Shown: positions 60,945 through 64,000 of the stretch, piece by piece
Numbering within the stretch: position 1 is the first letter of the stretch
Layout of the letters: each line of letters opens with the position of its first letter
Assembly (NCBI GenBank): GCA_017883965.1
Contig: JAFNKG010000004.1
Coordinates: 983 to 64,982 of the forward strand
DNA from: Candidatus Methanophagales archaeon
GTDB taxonomy: Archaea; Halobacteriota; Syntropharchaeia; Alkanophagales; Methanospirareceae
Length of the DNA stretch: 64,000 nt
Reading direction: 5' to 3'
Made by a program: the position numbers and the translations under genes
The notes under the pieces: model-generated
The model's database searches: none
What the model was told of the DNA's origin: nothing
The model's input: only the letters and a program-made list of their open reading frames with translations

Positions 60945-61214
60945 ATGATGGAGAATCCGTTGAGTGATATGAATTCGGATGGAAAACCGGTTCCTCTCAC
61001 CACACTGCTCCCAGGTGAAAAGGCGAAAATCGTTGCTTTGGGACGCAGTATCAGGGGGCAACACCACTTCAGGACGATGGGACTCATGGAAGGAAAAATC
61101 GTCGAAATAATCGCGACACAACCTGCGAGGGGTCCTCTCGTCATAAACGTTGAAGGAACGCAGATAGCAATTGGGTGGGGTATTGCAAGGCATATTTTAA
61201 TCCAGAAAATATGA
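60945..61214 (+). CDS. feoA: FeoA-domain protein
   Basis: LTTLLPGEKAKIVAL...RTMGLMEGKIVEIIA..P.RGPLVINVEGTQIAIG. Confidence 0.8.
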   Translation: MMENPLSDMNSDGKPVPLTTLLPGEKAKIVALGRSIRGQHHFRTMGLMEGKIVEIIATQPARGPLVINVEGTQIAIGWGIARHILIQKI

Positions 61215-62932
61215 AGAAAATATCACTTATGGGTTGTCCAAACGTCGGTAAGAGCGTCGTTTTTTCTCGCTTGACAGGTGTGAGCGTTATTTCGTCTAAT
61301 TATCCCGGGACGACTGTTGATTTTACAAAGGGTACTACCGCTATAGGAGGCGAGAAGTTCGAGTTAATTGATGTCCCCGGCACGTATTCCCTGGCACCTA
61401 CTTCAAAAGCCGAGGAAGTGGCTCAGACCATGCTTCAAGAAGGGGATATAGTGATAGATGTCATAGATTCAACGCATTTGGAACGGAATCTTTACCTGAC
61501 GCTGGAAATTTTGGGTAGGAAGAAGCCTACTATCGTTGCTTTGAACCTGTGGGACGAGACAAAGCACGTTGGCATTGATATAGACGTGGATAAATTGGAA
61601 AAGTTGCTCGACGTGCCGATTGTTCCGACCTGTGCGATAACAGGAGAGGGAATAAAGGAACTCGCATCTAAATTGCGTGATGCCAGGCAATCCAAAGCCA
61701 TCGAGCCGATGTCTGAAGAAGAAAGGTGGTTGAAAGTAGGTGAAATCGTTAGTGAAGTTCAAGTAGTGCATCACCGCCATCACACAATCTGGGAACGTAT
61801 AGCAGATACCACTGTGAAGCCGATAACGGGCATTCCCATTGCGATACTCGTGATACTTCTAACGTTTCTGTTCATAATCGTGATCGGGAACTTGATAATT
61901 GAATATCTGATGGACCCAATTTTCTATAATTACTATGGACCGTGGGTAGTAGGCGTTGTAAATTCATTCTCGCCTGACGGGCTGCTACATGATATATTAA
62001 TAGGAAAATCCACTATTGAATCATTGGATTTCACGCAATCTTTAGGTCTCCTGACGACCGGATTATACGTCCCATTCAGCATGGTTCTGCCATTTGTAAT
62101 CACATTTTATTTCATGCTCAGTCTGCTCGAAGACGTAGGATATTTGCCAAGACTCGCCGTTCTCGTGGATACCGGATTGCACAAATTGGGATTGCACGGC
62201 TCGGCGATTGTGCCAACGATATTGGGCTTTGGTTGCAACGTTCCTGGTACGTTAGCAACTCGCATACTGGAAACAGAAAAGCAGCGGTTCATAGCTGTGA
62301 CGCTCATGGCAATAGCGGTTCCTTGTATGGCTCAGTCTGCAATGATATTTGGTATTTTGGGTAGATATGGAATGAAATGGATATTCATCGTCTATTGCAC
62401 CTTGTTAATGCTTTATATCTTTATAGGCTTATTGTTGAAAAAAATCGTCAGGGGAGAGAGTCCAGAATTATTATTAGAAGTCCCTCCATATCGTAAACCC
62501 GACCCGTCAACTTTACTAAAAAAGACCTGGTCCAAGGCGTATGGATTTTTAGCTGAAGCGGTTCCATTCGTCATATTAGGAGTTTTTATCGTGAACCTGC
62601 TATATGTATCTGGAGTAATCGGCGTTCTTTCAACTGTATTCTCTCCAGTTCTCACGACTTTGCTTGGTTTGCCAGAAGGAGCGATAGTCGCGTTGATCAT
62701 GGGAATCCTCAGGAAGGATGTAGCGATTGGCATGTTACTGCCATTGGGTATGAGTCCGCAGCAATTGACGATTGCTTGCATAATATTAACCACGTATTTT
62801 CCTTGCATTGCTACGTTCTTTGTTTTGCTCCATGAGTTGGGCATCCGCGATATGCTAAAAGCGGCTGGATTGATGATTACCGTTTCTTTGACGGTTGGAA
62901 TAATCATGAGATTGATATTGATTGGAATCTGA
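61211..62932 (+). CDS. feoB: ferrous iron transporter FeoB
   Basis: ISLMGCPNVGKS, DVPG, LNLWDE G-domain followed by a polytopic membrane domain. ATGA overlap with feoA. Confidence 0.9.
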   Translation: MKKISLMGCPNVGKSVVFSRLTGVSVISSNYPGTTVDFTKGTTAIGGEKFELIDVPGTYSLAPTSKAEEVAQTMLQEGDIVIDVIDSTHLERNLYLTLEILGRKKPTIVALNLWDETKHVGIDIDVDKLEKLLDVPIVPTCAITGEGIKELASKLRDARQSKAIEPMSEEERWLKVGEIVSEVQVVHHRHHTIWERIADTTVKPITGIPIAILVILLTFLFIIVIGNLIIEYLMDPIFYNYYGPWVVGVVNSFSPDGLLHDILIGKSTIESLDFTQSLGLLTTGLYVPFSMVLPFVITFYFMLSLLEDVGYLPRLAVLVDTGLHKLGLHGSAIVPTILGFGCNVPGTLATRILETEKQRFIAVTLMAIAVPCMAQSAMIFGILGRYGMKWIFIVYCTLLMLYIFIGLLLKKIVRGESPELLLEVPPYRKPDPSTLLKKTWSKAYGFLAEAVPFVILGVFIVNLLYVSGVIGVLSTVFSPVLTTLLGLPEGAIVALIMGILRKDVAIGMLLPLGMSPQQLTIACIILTTYFPCIATFFVLLHELGIRDMLKAAGLMITVSLTVGIIMRLILIGI

Positions 62933-62933
62933 A

Positions 62934-63995
62934 TTAGCAAATGCTTTTCAAAGCGTCCACAACCTTCTCATTCTGCTCCCTTGTCCCTACACTAATCCTA
63001 ATAAACGAATCTCCAGCACCTCTAAACGAAGAACAATCTCTCACTATTATCCCGCACTTCATCAGCGCATCATACACCTCATACGCTCTCCATGGAGAAA
63101 CGTCCAAGAGCACAAAATTAGCCTTCGAGGGATACACTTTGAAGAACCGCTGCAAATTTTCCTCGAGAAACGGTTTTTCATGCTTCACCAGCTCTACGCT
63201 TCTGCGTAAATGCTCTTTGTCCATCAATGCTGCTATCGCCGCGGTTAGAGCAACGCTATTAACAGCGAACGGTATTGAAGTTTTTTTATAATGGCTTGCG
63301 AGCCATTCCGGTATTATCGCATATCCTATCCTCAGTCCGGCGAGACCAAAAGCCTTTGAAAAGGTTCTCAATACAAGCACATTTTCATATTCTTTCACCA
63401 TGTTCACCAACGACGAATCTGCAAATTCCACATACGCCTCGTCTATCACCACCATTGCCTTTGGCATGGATTCTATTATCTCACGCACTTCAGCCTCGGA
63501 TATGCAATTCCCGGTTGGACTGTTAGGCGAGGCAATGAAAACCATTTTCGTTTTTTCGCGGCACATCGGAAGCAGGTCTTTTGCTGCTATGCTGAAGTCA
63601 TTTCTCCTTTTTACATACTCCGGTATGCCCCCGGCTATTTTTACAAGCGACTCGTAAAGCGAAAACGTGGGTACCGGTATTAACGCTTCATCGCCGTTCG
63701 CAATAAAAATCTTGACAAGCGTATCTAAAACACCGTCTATGCCAGCGCCTATAACGATGTTCTCTTTTCCCATACCGGCGCCAACATAACTTGAAATCTC
63801 ATCCCTGAGCTCTTCCTCGTTCCTTTCCCAGGGATACAAACTCAGGTTCAATTTCCCTTCTTCTATGCTCTCAACTATTTCCCGTATCACCTCCGGACCT
63901 GGTCCTAACGGGTTTTCATTCGAGCTCAGCTTTATCGCTCCTTTTACTAATTTCCCAGCCTTGTATTCTCCTATCTCTCGTAAGTAAGAACGCAC
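62934..63995 (-). CDS. hisC: histidinol-phosphate aminotransferase
   Basis: IKLSSNENPLGP, IASPNSPTG, DEAY, RTFSKAFGLAGLRIGY (PLP Lys). GTG 63995 lies 5 nt from the window edge, so the true start may be outside the window. Confidence 0.85.
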   Translation of the reverse strand: MRSYLREIGEYKAGKLVKGAIKLSSNENPLGPGPEVIREIVESIEEGKLNLSLYPWERNEEELRDEISSYVGAGMGKENIVIGAGIDGVLDTLVKIFIANGDEALIPVPTFSLYESLVKIAGGIPEYVKRRNDFSIAAKDLLPMCREKTKMVFIASPNSPTGNCISEAEVREIIESMPKAMVVIDEAYVEFADSSLVNMVKEYENVLVLRTFSKAFGLAGLRIGYAIIPEWLASHYKKTSIPFAVNSVALTAAIAALMDKEHLRRSVELVKHEKPFLEENLQRFFKVYPSKANFVLLDVSPWRAYEVYDALMKCGIIVRDCSSFRGAGDSFIRISVGTREQNEKVVDALKSIC

Positions 63996-64000
63996 AGGTA

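Noticed and set aside
1-64000. CRISPR arrays, rRNA genes, transposases/integrases
   Set aside because: I looked for regularly spaced identical 25-40-nt repeats and for DDE, tyrosine-recombinase or serine-recombinase motifs in all track ORFs. None was found. The repeats present are irregular in spacing and sequence.

Overview
This is a 64-kb segment of an archaeal chromosome, euryarchaeal and of the methane-metabolising type. The lineage call rests on these features: F420-dependent methylene-H4MPT dehydrogenase (mtd), coenzyme F430 genes (cfbD plus a Mur-ligase-like cfbE), archaeal GluRS and ProRS, the aIF-1A/Rio1/KH cluster, prefoldin, NAC, Taw1, CTP-type riboflavin kinase, a tRNA with an anticodon-loop intron, and a PGF-CTERM sorting signal. 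I call about 70 CDS and 3 tRNAs (Val-TAC, Arg-CCT with a 43-nt intron, Thr-CGT). I saw no rRNA, CRISPR array, transposase or integrase. Most of the window is housekeeping: ModC-like ABC ATPase, cbiMNQO, gltX, hmgA, mtd, nadK, RecJ-like protein, cobA/hemD, fni, gyrA, ribK/ribB, proS, pcm, ftsY, feoAB, hisC. Seven things are not ordinary. (1) A low-GC block at about 3.55-11.7 kb encodes only secreted or membrane proteins. Its transcription units carry a shared palindromic promoter motif, and it sits next to a membrane-tethered ArsR-type regulator. (2) Two tandem ATPase-proteolipid paralogues with signal-peptide-like N-termini lie away from any ATPase operon. They sit beside a B12-binding radical SAM gene plus regulator that is divergent from the cfbE operon. 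(3) A low-GC VapBC module sits between cfbE and cfbD. (4) A 446-aa LAGLIDADG intein interrupts gyrA just upstream of the GKYHPHGD motif. (5) A low-GC NYN-domain gene is bracketed by about 85-bp direct repeats that duplicate the 3' end of the neighbouring gene. (6) Several short dispersed repeat families are present: GGGATTT(T)GG clusters around a truncated four-helix-bundle ORF, a long palindromic element in two copies, and AAAATGY heptamer tracts. (7) Candidate operators lie upstream of the RbkR-like and DtxR-like regulators. All calls come from reading the sequence and recognising motifs from memory. No database search or structure prediction was run, and family names for weakly conserved proteins are tentative.
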